Positions 36,566 through 49,496 of a DNA stretch of 64,000 nucleotides are shown here, in pieces. Every line of letters begins with the position of its first letter. The first letter of the stretch is position 1. The DNA is from Klebsormidium nitens (Eukaryota > Plantae > Klebsormidiophyceae): positions 76,549 to 140,548 of the forward strand of contig DF237163.1 of assembly GCA_000708835.1 (NCBI GenBank), given 5' to 3'. A program made the position numbers and the translations under genes. Under the pieces are notes generated by a model, which made no database searches, had not been told where the DNA came from, and saw only the letters and a list, made by a program, of their open reading frames with translations.

Positions 36566-39500
36566 ATGGCGACGATGGAGGTCCCGAAGACCAGAGCCAA
36601 TGTGTGGCTGATGATTCTCCTCGGCATAGCCATTTTCGCAGCCGGAGCTGGCATAGCTACTTTTGTCAATCTAGGGATTACATCCTTAGCTAGCCAGCAC
36701 CAGCTAAGCCAAGCCCGTAGCGCAGTTGCTTCAGCTTCTATCTTTGGGTCTTCAGGCAACAACCCCCACAGCAGCATTGAAAAAGATCCAATGAAGCTGG
36801 ACGTTGAGCTCCAGGCTCAACGAAGGAACCTTTTAGAAGCTGATCTTGATGAGCTGGAGGGGTTGGTGAAAGAAGAGAGCCGGAAGCAAGCGGAGCAACT
36901 CCAGTCCGGGGTGCTCTCACCAGTTGCATCGGAGCAGACTGTGATGGACTTGAAAAATCAAGACGCTGCTGCGAGACACCCTGATGGGCAAAGAAGAAGG
37001 GTGGTGCTGCTGCACATGCATGAAAGCAGCAAGTTCCCAGAGTTTGAGCCGATTGGAGGGACTGCTCTTGAGAATAAGCGCAGGTGAGGCTGCATCAAGG
37101 GTTTCCTTCGGGTGGTGGATGCTTGTCATGCTTCAGTGATGAACATGGAAATAGCACTCCTCCAAAAGGCATACTAGCTGCTTCAGAAATACACTTAGAG
37201 CTGCAAGCTGGGTCTGCTTTTTCCATAGCAGGTCAGCCTGAAGTAACCTCAGAAAGTGAATTTGCTTGCTGAGGTTGTTTGAAATAGTAGAATGTGTCAG
37301 TGCGGTCTTCTGCAATCAATTTTGAAAGTTGCAGCTTTCAAGTACAATCAGAATCATATAAAGGTTGCACACTGCGTTCGCATCCCATCCTGAAACTTGC
37401 AACTGACACCGAAGGTGGTGTGAAGAGTAGGTTTGAAAGAGATTGGAATTACACCACTTTGAGTGCAGACTTTGAATTCGATGGATTCTGACCCTGCAGT
37501 GGTGTGTCAGATGATGAAGAGAAGGGAAAGGGTGATTGATCGAGAAGAAACCTTTCGCAGGCGAACCACAATTGCTGGGATGCAGGAATCGCCGATCATT
37601 TAAGGGTCTAGTAATTCTGAAGCGCCACCTCGTACTCTTCAGATATGCCCGGAGGTGGGGCTACGAGATGGCCACCCATCTTTCCAGTGGCGCAGAGGGC
37701 CTGTTGAAGGAGATGCCGGACGGGAGTTTTGAACCTTACCCTGAGTGGTCCACTGACAAGGTGGGAAACACTGTGTGCCATTGCTGTAGTGCACAGCAGA
37801 GGGTTGGGGCGGCGGGTGCCTCGTCACCGTTGCGAAAATATGTTTTGACATCTAGCGGGGCGATTGCGGAACGAGCTTCGGTTTACGAACCCCTTTCCAA
37901 TGCTGTGTTACAGCATGGCAAGCCAGTATCATCAGCGATCGCCAAACCCAATATTCGTAACGTTCATTTCTTGGGACCGCTAGTCAGCACATGTGCGCAC
38001 GTTGCAGCAGTATGTTCTCACAAACGAAATCGTTCTGCAGGATCGTCCATACAACTTCCAAAAGTTGAAGCTGGCCAGCGCTGCTTGCGTGGGCAGGCCC
38101 GACGACACGTGGGTTCTGTGGACGGACGCAGACGCCCTGATCATCAACCAATCAATTCCAGTGGCTGCCCTTGCTGATGACAACTTCGATCTGGTCATGG
38201 CTAGGGATTGGCTCACTATCAACTCAGGGGTCTTCTTCCTCAAGTGCAGGTAAGCACAAAGAGAAGAGCGAGTTGTTGTGGAACTTCGTAGATTCCTCAA
38301 ATACAAGGAAAGCAGAGCTCGGGATGGGTGTTCCAGAATTCAGAAACTGGCATTATTTCGATCACACTACCATTGAAGGCCTGGGGTACGCATGCGAACA
38401 TATCCGCTTTCACAGTAGCTGTTCAAAGCTTCGCGGATGGAAAGGCCAGATATCCTCTGCTTCTGATGATGAGATCATTCGGCGTCTGCTTACGCTGAAT
38501 CTCCCTGCTGTCTAGGTATCATGAAAGAAAGTACCGCAACCAATTATGTTGCGTCCTTCTGCAGCGCATGGGCACGTGACTTTTTGCAAAGGGCTTATAA
38601 CGCCAGGGAGCACGACAACAACTGGCAGCTCGGCCCCGACCAAGCCGCCATTCTGCAGGCGCTTGAAGCGCCCGGCAGCGCAGAGAAAGTCAAGTACGTG
38701 GCGAAGCACGCTTGTAACGTTTACCCAGAGGTAAGAAACGACTTCGAAGAGGAGCGCAGCCTTGAAACAGGAATGCTCTCTTCCTCAGTTGTGCTCGTGC
38801 ACCTGATGCGGCCAAGGATGCGGCCAGAAGAACGGCTTCTTGGCCTTTGTCTAGGCGGAACAACGTTCCAGAGCTGAACTATTCCTTCACCACGCAAGAA
38901 GTACGCACTTACAAGTTCGTTTCAAAGTCTTTGTCTGGCGGCCGCTTTGATTTTCACTGGAGGCCAGGAGAGGACTCTGTGCCCAACCTATGAACCTAAT
39001 ATAAGCTGTAATTTATTTGCTTTGAACGCCGATGGTCGACTAACTGGTAAAACTGGACTCACAGGAGTACCGACCAGGCGACTACATCGTGCATCTGGCG
39101 GGCAAGCTGTACGCTGCCGGGATGAAGGGGTGCCTCGCCCTGACGCGGCAGTTCGACGCACTGTCGATCCTCGACAGCCTTCCGCACATCGACTCGTTCT
39201 TCAACGACAAGCACTTGTTGACCCTCCCCGGAAATCAGTTCAAGGTAAGAGCTTGCCGCAAGGAAGAATCGGATCTGCACAAAAGGTTTCAGTGCATTGG
39301 GCGCAGTTCCTTAAGGAAGTTAAGAGCAGCGAGCATCTGATGGAGCGTGAAACATCTTTCGCCCTTCGCGTTCGCAGATGGTCAGAAAGAGTAAAATCGA
39401 AACCCGAAACGATTGCTGACGGGTATCCTTTGCAGCTCTTTTTTGTCCAAGGATATCTTTTGCCAGATCGACGGTCTTTCTTGTTCTCTCGAGAGCTCTA

Positions 39501-39805
39501 CAGGAAATATTTCCAATCCCATCACGTCCCAATACCTCTTTATTCAAAGCCCTCTCCTGGAAGAATTGCAATGAATCAGCTTCGCGGGTCAAACCCTGAA
39601 ACTTTATCCTGGCTTGCTTCAGGACGGTTTCGAGAACCTTCCCGAGCTGGAGTTGGCGAGGCCGCTGATCGACATCAGCTACCCCGACCGGTACTGGCAC
39701 ATTCGGCGCATGTTTCCCCACTTGCAAGACTGGTACGATCACTACGATCCAGACGCGGTGGCGGAGCGGGAGAGGTGGACAGAGTTGAACAGGGGCGAGC
39801 TGTGA
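36566..39805 (+). CDS. Glycosyltransferase family 34 (GMA12/MNN10-like), type II membrane protein, 6 exons
   Basis: Exons 36566-37083, 37643-37760, 38041-38249, 38565-38730, 39065-39244, 39623-39805. N-terminal transmembrane helix; motifs NKRRYARRWGY, WVLWTDADAL (DxD), NSGVFFLK, DQAAI and YRPGDYIVHLAG. Confidence 0.88.
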
Positions 39806-41013
39806 ACCGCGTTTAGTAGAGTTCTTGGCTTAATTCTTTGTGTCGCGTATGCAGCAGGAGAAAGACTCCGCTTGATTCATTCAGGATCCGACCGGAAGTC
39901 AACACGCTCTTTTCTTCTAGGGCCACCAGGATCTGCTCGAGCCTCGCTCGAGCATGCCTCCCGTGAAAGTCTTCCTCGGGCAACAAGTTGCTTTCAAGAA
40001 ACCAAGAAGATTGCATTTTGGCAGCTCTGCGTCACCGGTAATGGCGCACTGAATGTCTGAAACTATAGGAACAGTACGAAACGTGACCGCTACTTAGAAA
40101 TGAAGTGAGATCCGGTACGTTTTCGATTGTCGGCCCAGCTAGCAGCAGATATGCATGACCCTCGAAAATGTATTTTGACGACCGCCCACGGTTCCTGCTT
40201 GCCGGTGAATTCGCTTAAGGCCAAAAAAAGCCGGTCCCGAATCCAAGACTCTGGATGAAGAATCATGTCGGAATGCTTTGCCACGCAAATTGGCGCGGCA
40301 GACGTGCGCGCAGACAACATGCTACACCAGCTGGCAACTATAAGCTAGACGATCAAGTCATAGCTCATCGCGTTCACTGTCTCTTGGCGAAAAATATGAT
40401 CATATCTAACCACCATTATAATTAGGGTGGACAGCAGGATTAGGCTAGGGGTGTCTCTTCCAAGCCTTATATGACGACGTAGCCAGGCCATGAACTCAGA
40501 CGTCTGCATTATGGCATGCCAATAACAATGTTGTGATACCTTGATTGATCTTACGCTTTACTACTACCGTCCGTTACTGATTATTGCAGCCGGTCGAAGC
40601 CTAGCGCGCTATTATACTACCTAATCAGGCAATCTCAAAGGCTCAGCACATCGACTCGGTTCAATCCGTCTAAGATATATACTGTAGCTAAGCACTGGCA
40701 CAATAAACACGATAGCACACTAAAACAGACCAGGATCGGCCAGTGACGAGCCTGAACTGGTACTTAAATATTGCTTGCGGCGATGCCATATTTACTTGAT
40801 CGACCGCGCCGAGATTCAAAATCCGGTTGCATGCGTTGTATCGGACGGCTCTCAGTCCTCAACTAGCTGCTCATCGGAGGGTACGTCATCGCAAATAATC
40901 TGCGCGAGCACTCAAACCTTTGTGTACTCCTCGTGTACAAAATGTGCATCACTCCCCAAAACCTGATAGGGAAAAACTTTAATAGTAACAAGGAACTTAA
41001 GGTACACGAGTAC

Positions 41014-41049
41014 GGGTGGGGTTGGTTTGGTGGTTAGGGTGGGTTCGGG
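41014..41049 (+). other. Potential G-quadruplex, telomere-like G-rich tract
   Basis: GGGTGGGGTTGGTTTGGTGGTTAGGGTGGGTTCGGG has five runs of three or more G, about 550 bp upstream of the B-box gene ATG. Confidence 0.35.
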
Positions 41050-41596
41050 TGCGGAGCAGGTCATTTTGTCCTTAGGGTTTTAGTGTTGGTTAAGCCGAGA
41101 GATTGAGTACTTTCAGTACCTAAGATCCTTATCACTATTAAAGTTTTTTGTTATAAAACCTGCGTCGGTGTTTAAGCTGTACCCAGCTGTACCTTGAATT
41201 TGGGAATGACAGCGCGATGCAATGGCATGCAGTAAAGTTAAACTGATGCAGAAGGACTGTTCATCTGAAACCACGCCGAGCCTGCGCTTGACAATTGATT
41301 CTGTTTTAAAAGACACATGAATTGCTGCGAAATACAGAAGTTGAAGCTGAGAAGCTAGTGTAGCTTCAGTAGTGATATAAGGGAGCCTGGCTCTGCTGTC
41401 GAGCAATGGCGAAGCCTTCATCAACTCAGTACCTATAAGGCATGCTGCACAGTTCCCTGAAACAAGCTTGCTGTTTGAATGCTGAGCTTTTGATTGATGG
41501 ACCCGCCACCATGCCGGCAAGGCTGCAAATACTAAGACCAACTGCATGCCCATTAACCCTGAGCAATAGACATAGGGGCAAAATCAGCAATACAGA

Positions 41597-44500
41597 ATGG
41601 CTCGTCACGCAGAGGAAGAACGGGATGCGTCAAAGAATGCTAAACAGCACCGCTCAGCAGAACGAAAGACCGATGTGGAAGTGGAACCTACCAAGAAGCA
41701 CAGCACTAAAGAAAAGTTTCACAAGGAAGAAGGGAAGGATAAGCGCAAAGAGAAGTCAAAAGACGAAAAGCGAGAGAGCAGGCATCGAGACGAGAGCGGT
41801 AAGGAGACGCGAAGGAATGGGTATGAGGACAAGGATGCTCGTGAGGAAGTTAGAGCAGCCGCTAGGAGCTCCAATCGGCAAGAACAGCTGGAGGACAAGA
41901 GGGAGGACAGAACTGGGGACAAGAGCCAAAGGGAACATAGGAGGGAAGGCTCAAAAGACAAGAAGGATGATGATAGAAGTCCTCTAGAACCACAGAAGAC
42001 CAATGCTGTCGAGGGAGAAAGAAGGAAGGCGAGCAAGGAGCTCATGTGTGAAGTTTGCGAGCATAGAGAAGCCACAATGTGGTGCGGTGACTGTGGGGAC
42101 ATCTTCTACTGTAGAAAGTGTGCGGATGCCGATCATTCTAGGGGGAAGAGAAAGGAGCATCTGCCCCTTCGAACAGCAGAAAAGGCGCCCCAGCGTGCAG
42201 CCACAAAAGTGGTCAAGTGCGAGGAGCATGGAGAGATACTGCGGGCTTATTGCGAGACGGACAGGAAGGCCGTTTGCAGCCTGTGTCTTCACATTGGAAA
42301 CCATAAGGTGAGGTCACTCAGTGGCAACAGCGTTGAGGATGTGCGAGTCAGGTCACAGTGCATGGTAAATAACGAAGCTATACATCTTTTGAAATAACCA
42401 GTCGCGGCTGCATGAATTGTTGCTTTATCAAAGAGGTAAAACCTGCGCGCTGAATGCAGTATTGTGAGTATTCTTACTTATTCCAAAGAGTGCCTGTTTT
42501 ACCGCTAGCGTTACAGTGCGTAGCAAGCGGATAAGCTCGTGCAAAACTCTCATACTACAACAAGATGCCAAATCGGCTACTTGCAATTGCCAGGGCCATT
42601 CCGCAGTCGAGCTTGACAAAGCTGTTCGAGCTGCAAGAGACTCCATCCGCAAGGAAGCTGGGGACCTTATTCTGGAGCGCCAGAAGGTGGACACATTCTT
42701 GGACGAAATGGAGGAGATGGCTGAGTCGTTGAAGAAGGTAAGACTTGCAAGCAGGAACTCAAAGGTCAGGAAATATCTTTGGAACCTACGTAAGCTTCCT
42801 TGTCTAAGGGAGTTCGGAGGCCTCAGGGCCATGCTGTTTTGCTGATTGTTCGGGCAGGCTGTGTAAGGGAAGTTGGAAAATATTAGTGTTTATTGCATAC
42901 TGACGATCGTCTGCATACAGACCACTCGGCAAAAGTGCTGGTGTTGACAAGCTTAGCATCCTGTGTGCAATCTCTCGATTCATCTCAAGGCCGACGATAA
43001 TGAGGTCCCATAACACAATTGCCAGCGGCTCTCGCTAATTACTGCACCAGAATGAACGCAAACATGCTATGATGGAGAAGCACCTCCAAATCATTCTCTG
43101 CGTTTCTGCAGAACGGGGCGGAGCTTAGAGAACACCTGCGGACTGCATGCGACTCGTTCAGAGCAGTACTTACGGAGAGAGAGGCGGCGCTTCTGGTTCA
43201 GGTCGACGAGGTAAGGGCTGCTTATACGGCTCTTGTGGCTCCGATAATCAAAAGTTCGTGCCAGCAACCGCCACAGTCTTGATTCCAAAGACATGCTGGT
43301 TAGATCAATTGGAACTTGGCATACAGATCTGAACTTATAAGGGCTGCAGTCGTAAGGGAAGAAAAGACAGAGAAATAAAGTCTGGATTGGACTTATCACC
43401 GAACGTTGAGAACTCGAGACTTGGCCATTTTGACGATCGGTCAGCCCGCGGTCAGTCACTGACGTTGAGCCGCTACCATCGAATACTGTGCGCAATTGGG
43501 GATGTCCAGAAGCCTTTCGTTTGCGTCTTTCCATGCTGTCAAGCACAATACGCATAGGTGTCACTTTGATGTGCAGCGCGAAAGTGAGAAGACGAGTATC
43601 ATCGGTCGACAGAGGGCGCGGTGGAAGGACACAGTCACCGAGGTCAATAAGGTGAGTACGCTTCTATGTAGAAACAATTCTTGACGCTCCGGGAGATTGT
43701 TCTATAGAAGAACAATCATCTTTTGCCAGAGATTGTTCTTGGAAAAGCGGAGACCCTGACGTGTATGACTTCTGTATCCCCCTTGAGTCCCGGACATTAT
43801 ACTCAACCTCAGATTCTTTCCCTGCTTTCTTGGCAGCTTTTCTAGATCCTGACCTTATGAGTTACCACCTTTAACCTTTTCTTTACTGCACTTGCACACT
43901 GCAGGCTCGGGACCTGGCTGAAGCAGCTCTCAAGGAAGCTGACCCAGTTGTGCTGCTGAAGAAGCGGGACGCCTTCGAGCAGCAGGTAAGAGGCGAGCGA
44001 ATACTTTCATCAAACGATTACAATCATATCTAGTAGGCTTTAAGAGCCTTCTGACTGGGAAGCATTGTGACTTTTTCCACTTTCAGTTCCAAAAACCTTC
44101 TCTAGCCACAATTCAGAGCTACATCCCTCTCCGAAATGAAGGCACTCTTACTTTACCTTTCCGTGGCACCTGTTCGAACTCATCTTCCTTTCATCCAGGC
44201 GCACGCCCTCCGCATCGCGGCCGCGCGCCGCAGCGCGACGCCCGCTACCACCGCGTCCCTCGACCTGGCCCTGGAAGCGGACCCTTTCATCAATCTCATA
44301 CGGGAGTCTCTAGTGTTCAGCTCTAGCGCATCGGCGAACAGGGCCTCCAGCGTGATCGCGCGGCTGCAGCAGGCGCAGAGTCAGAAAGCGAGCCTGACGG
44401 ACAACACAGTGGTCGTCCTCCCAAGAGGCTGCTTGGAGGTGAGGAACGTGGCGCTACTGGAGAGCTTGGCTTATAGCATAATGAAGGTCGTGAAGCGCAA

Positions 44501-47500
44501 TACAGTTGATTACAACCTCTTTTGGATCTTCGAGTTGGATATATTGGATCACAGACGCGTTTGCTGCTCGAGATTCTCAAACGCTCTCGTTAAGTCATCC
44601 TTGGCAGCGTTGAATGAGTTACGAAGTAGGGCAAGATAAATGCGTACAAGGATGCGGCACGAGACCCAGACACGGCGTGCACGCACGACAGAAACGGCTG
44701 CCGGGATAAGTTTTTGGGTTTCGTTGACTAAGATTGGCTACGTGCGCCTCCTTCTTTCAGGTCGCGCACGTCTCGCCCAACCTCGCCACCAATCACGACT
44801 CGTCCTCACCGGACGCCTGGATCGGACGGCTGTGGGAGCTCCGGGAACACGTGGCCGCATTTGAGGCGTCCAAAGCCGCCGCCTTGGAGCTCTCCAGAAC
44901 GAAGCGCAAGGGGAGACGAGATCAGCCCGAGAAAGAGAACGACACCGCAATAAAAGCGGCGATGAAGATCCAAGCTCGGTGGCGGGGGGCAAGTCTCAGG
45001 AAAGCGAACTCGTTGGAAGTGCTTAAGGCCTTCCGGGGATGTGGGGTCAGGGGGAGTGTCGTCTACACGCCGGAAGGAGACTCGAGCGATGGCGCTGACG
45101 AGCGGTAAGACTTTAAATAAAAAAAAGACTGTATTCTTCCACAAAGAACTAGAACATTTTAAGGGCATTGGAACGGCGCTAAGTTCCACCATGATTTACA
45201 AAAGTAATAGGAGTGTCCTAAAGAGGGGAAAAGAAGGTCTTAATGGATAAAGTAAGAGAGGTCATGCAGCTTCGTCTTCTTCAACGTTTAGTCCTGTCGT
45301 TCGTAGCCAGTCTCAGAAGTGATTCTGAAGGGCATGGATCGCTCGTCCTTTTACAGATACGTCAAGACACTTGCCAACTTGGGCTGCTTGGTCGTGCTTG
45401 CCGGTCGCCAAGCGGAAGCCCCGGGAAAGCGCGCCCCTTCTTTATCGACACGGAACCCGTCCGGTCCTTCGCCGCTCGAAGCCTGGTGAGAGAAGCAAGC
45501 CCTGCTTTTATCGAAGCCCTGATTTTGTGTTCGGTTGAATGCAGATGCATCCGCAAAATAGAGTCCCCGCAGCTTTCTGTAGGCCCGCAATACACAAAAT
45601 GCATTAGCAGCGGCGTGAAGAGATCCTATCCATGCATCCTGCCTGCAATGAAAGACCCTGGCTTTGTCTTAATCTTTCCTGAGGCGTCTTTCGCGGGACA
45701 ATGATCGGCTGCTTGAAACTTCACCCGGTATCCTTTTCCGGACGCTACCGTTGTTGCTGATTTCCAGATCAGAACACTACCGCTCTTGGAAAGAGGACTT
45801 ACCCTGCATTGGAAGCGCGTTGTCTATCTTTGTTAGGGCTTCCTTTCTGACTAGTCTTTTCCTGCCAGGCTTGAAGCGCAGGACCATGCGGACGATTCGG
45901 CCGTCCGAGAAGCCAAGGCGGTGGCCCAGATCAGCCACCTGGTAAAGGCCCTGCCTGCCTGCATCAGGTGAGAAGTTTGGTTCGGGATGGCGAGCCGGAT
46001 GATCGAGAACATCGAATTTATCTGCAGTTTCCCTGCATCTTTCTGCATCGCGTTGACCTCTACTACAAAAGGTGTTGACTCCGTACGTGCGCTTTCTTGC
46101 TGCGTCATCTTTCTTACTCCCCGTGAACCGTGCAGGCAAAGCGGCGTTTTCTTGATGGGCCACGGTCGAGGCGGGGAGCTTTTGTCCCGTGCCGAAATGC
46201 AGAGATCCCTCCGCGAGCTGGTGACCGGGACAATTCTCTCCGGTTGCAGCCAGCTTGGGACGGGGTTGGCAGGAAACGTCCTTGCTCTGGATTTCAAAGC
46301 AAGCGAGGTAGGCTCCGCTTCAGCTTTCCTATCACCAGCCGATTTTGGACCGAGTGCGGCAACTAGATCTTGCTCCTTAGTTGATGTTGCTTAGAGCCCT
46401 TGGAGCGCTTCATGGAGGATACTGGTCGAAAGTTTTTAAGCCCAAAAAGAACTTCATATCTTCCTCCTCCCGGTGTCCTCCAATTCAGTTGGCTCCGTGC
46501 CCCTGCTAAACAACAGGGGTACTGAGAAGCATGTTGCGCCAGCATTGGTTTGTCCAAATTCGCTTCTTAAGGTCGCAGACGACTTGTAATCACTCGTAGG
46601 CTGTGTCGAATCCCTCGTCATCAGAGGGAAGCGGCTCTTCTTACTAATACATCCATCTCAAAGCCATCATTTTTCACCCTCTCGTGATGATGTCGTAGCA
46701 CTTTCTTATAGAGTTGTGTCGTTTTGATTTGCAGGCCACTCCAGCCTCATTCGAAGTCCTTCTTGCCGGCAACGTTGACAGCGGCCTCACCGCCACGCTG
46801 CCCGCTGACTTCCTGGAAGACGTCTCTACTTCGAAAGGTGAGATGCGAAGCGCTGCTCAAGGCTTGCCAGCTTGACCCAGCGCGATGTCGAGACTTTGGA
46901 CGCCTGCCGAAAGTAGGTAATGTTGCCGTTGGAAATGCACGATCGAACGGTTCGAGCCTGCGGGCTGTCAAGCTTTTTGTCTTTCAATATTCTGTGAGCA
47001 CCCCTTGTATCTGCCCGCGTCTTTGCCAAGCCATGTCCCCCATAAATGATCTCCTAGGTGGATCCCTCAGCATCTCAAGTCTCGTTTAATTATCGAGAAT
47101 GAGCGCGCTTGCAACATTCTTTTGATCCTAAAAACCGAAGCGAATCGCTCTGGTACCGTTCAAACCTGCTCCAAAAAAGTTCCGCCCGCTTTCCGTCCCC
47201 TGCAGACGGAATCCTCCGCGAGCTGCTTCTGACGTTCCTGTGCAAGCCCCAGCGGATCCACCTCCTGGACAAGCTGTGGGAAACGGAACCGCACCTGGCC
47301 AAACAGCTGACTGTCACCGGGCGAAAGTGAGAAGCAGGACACTAGCCCTGATTGTATTGCGGTCTAAAGGTGATCTTTCAGTTTGAAAAGACGAGCGTCA
47401 AGTACGCTGCATGGAGAGTGATGAAGCTAAAGAGGGACAACTCGAGAAGCCTCAAATTCCGGTTTTATAATCAAGACGATGCTCCTCTCTATCTGCGATG

Positions 47501-48464
47501 AGTCTGGCGACGTCACACAGAGATAAGTGCAAGCAAGCCATGTACCCCCTTTCCATGCACTGATGCGTTTGTTTTGTGCAGAGGAAATGTGCTGTCAGTA
47601 AGCATCCAACCAACCGGCCGGACCACGCGTCACAAACGGAACGGAGCGCTGGCACCGGAAAGCGCCCCCAAGAGCGGATCCCCTGCCAAAGAGGACCCGA
47701 AAGCGGGTGCTAACGGTTCCAAATTGTTAGAGCGATCTGGGTCGATCCGTAAGCCGCAGCCCGTGAGCGAGGCACTTCCGGCGCAATATGGTTCCGGGGA
47801 GCTTCAGAAGCGGACGGAACCAGAAGCGGTGGAGACGAGCGGAGCGCCGAAGAACGAGGGGCCGTTGGCGGAAGTCGGGGCCAGTAGTCCCTCGCAATTG
47901 CCTTCTTCTACGTCCGGGGCAAACCTTACCCAAAGTCTCAACCGAAACCCAAACCCAAACCCAAACCCGACTCAAGCTTCGTCTAGCAATCACCCCGGTT
48001 CCGCCCTTCCGGTTCCGGCGCCACCTTCCGCAACAGCCCTGAATTCCCGGGCACCCACTCAGCCAGGGAGTACTTTCCTCTCAACCCAACCGGGGCCCCC
48101 TGAGACCACGCAACCGGGCGCGAGCCTCTCGTCCCGACCTTCGTTCAGCTCTTCCCGACCTCCCTTAGTGGGCTCGTCTTACACGACTCCAACGGCTCCA
48201 AACCCCGCGGTTTCTCCCAACCCCACAGGCGCTTACGCGCCTTCGACGGCGGCTTCTTCGCTCATGAGCGCCTTGGGTAGCTCAGCATACGGACGAAGCG
48301 CGGCCGACGCGGCCGCGGCGCGCGTTCCCGCAGCCCAGCAGCCGCCTTTAAACGGGGCGTATGTCCCGGGTGCTTCGGCTGGGCGACTCGGGCAGCCGGG
48401 AACGGCGCCGTCCGCGGGTTTGCCCGGCGACCAGGGAGCACCGAGAAATGGAATGACGAGATAA
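41597..48464 (+). CDS. RING-less TRIM-like protein: charged N-terminus, B-box1, B-box2, coiled coil, IQ motif, degenerate alpha/beta-hydrolase-like domain, P/S-rich tail; 13 exons
   Basis: Exons 41597-42307, 42594-42737, 43112-43210, 43577-43651, 43905-43985, 44199-44438, 44761-45104, 45357-45485, 45869-45967, 46136-46220, 46735-46837, 47206-47326, 47582-48464 join in frame through GT-AG sites. B-box1 CEVC..CGDC..CRKC..H..H; B-box2 CEEH..CETD..CSLC..H..H; IQ motif KIQARWRGASLRK. Confidence 0.85.
47942..47969 (+). repeat. (AAACCC)n microsatellite encoding an NP run in the last exon
   Basis: ACCGAAACCCAAACCCAAACCCAAACCC lies in the stretch encoding NRNPNPNPNP. Confidence 0.7.
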
Positions 48465-49012
48465 GGTGCAACTTAACATGGCGAGGCTTCTAGGGAAGAG
48501 GTCAGACTTCACTGGCAGACTAGGGAAGCGGCGTTTATGAAGGCATAGAATGTCGGAAGGCTGGGGAGTAAGTTGAAAGGTTTAACCCAAGTTTGAGACG
48601 GTCTACGCAATGGGCACGTATAAGGCAAACTCAAAAGCGGAAAACCAAACGGACAGCTCTTCTTAAGCGATGCACGCGATTGGGCAATGCCAGTAGCTTG
48701 TATCTACATGGAATGTATGGATCGAATGGCAGTGGAGATGTTCAACGGTTGTTCATCGATCATGCGCACACACGAACCAAGCAACTCGCTAGCGGAGCTC
48801 AGTGACGGGGGACATCTCATTTGGACGTCGTAGTCTACTTGAAGTCCGGCCAGCACTGCCGCCATGTCTTTACATGATGATGCGCTAGCTAGATCGAGAG
48901 ATCCGATAATCTACCAAAGGTATAGACGTACCTCGTGTATCATACTCGATGGCATTCCATTTGCTGCCGCCCAAAATGGACTCAGGGGACGTACAATGAT
49001 GAATATTTGATT

Positions 49013-49496
49013 CATGCAAACGAGCATCACTGGTTTTATAGGGTCTAGCATGCCAAACTGAGTGCGCGAGTTCCACATGCATGTGCCAGGACGGCGCGTG
49101 GCCTACGATGGATCCGCGACGCACAAGGACGCATGTACCAGAACTGGGGGCACTCAATATAGTTTTAATCAGTCAGTGTGCAATCGATTATCAGACCAGT
49201 ATGCAGCACATGCGTGGATTCAATCATGCATGCACTCAGTGACCGTCGTGGCGGCTATAATCAATGGACTCGAAGTCCGACCGGACACCGTGGCCGCCAC
49301 TGCAGACGCCTTCGCGGTCCGCACTTTATTCAATAGCTGTACGTCGGATGTATAATTCAGGGGCCGGCTCCATGCAGCAACCAATAAGTCACGGTCCGCT
49401 CATGCACCGGCAAGTCAGATGAGTTGAGCGGAGCATTTGAGTCTGTATGCATGCCAGGTAGTATTCAATCAGTATATACCGTCGTGAATTCATGCA
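49013..49496. repeat. Intergenic tract rich in CATGCA and short degenerate repeats
   Basis: CATGCA or TGCATG at 49013, 49076, 49225, 49229, 49370, 49401, 49448 and 49491, with recurrent TTCAAT and ACCGTCGTG words. Confidence 0.45.

Noticed and set aside
38947-39816. 289-codon + strand ORF overlapping GT34 exons 5-6
   Set aside because: It is an alternative frame over GC-rich exons. The spliced frame carries the conserved GT34 motifs and this one has none.
43695-43739. 9-bp hairpin GATTGTTCT-N5-AGAACAATC plus a third copy in an intron
   Set aside because: Too short for a miRNA precursor or element end; probably a local duplication.
39423-45737. U12-type donor-like GTATCCTTT at about 39423 and 45728
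   Set aside because: Both lie mid-intron, with no upstream exon needed and no U12 branch site. Canonical splicing explains the genes.
48990-49066. Possible box C/D snoRNA (ATGATGA...CTGA with a 5-bp closing stem)
   Set aside because: I could not recognise an rRNA or snRNA antisense guide, and such box pairs arise readily by chance in this repeat-rich tract.
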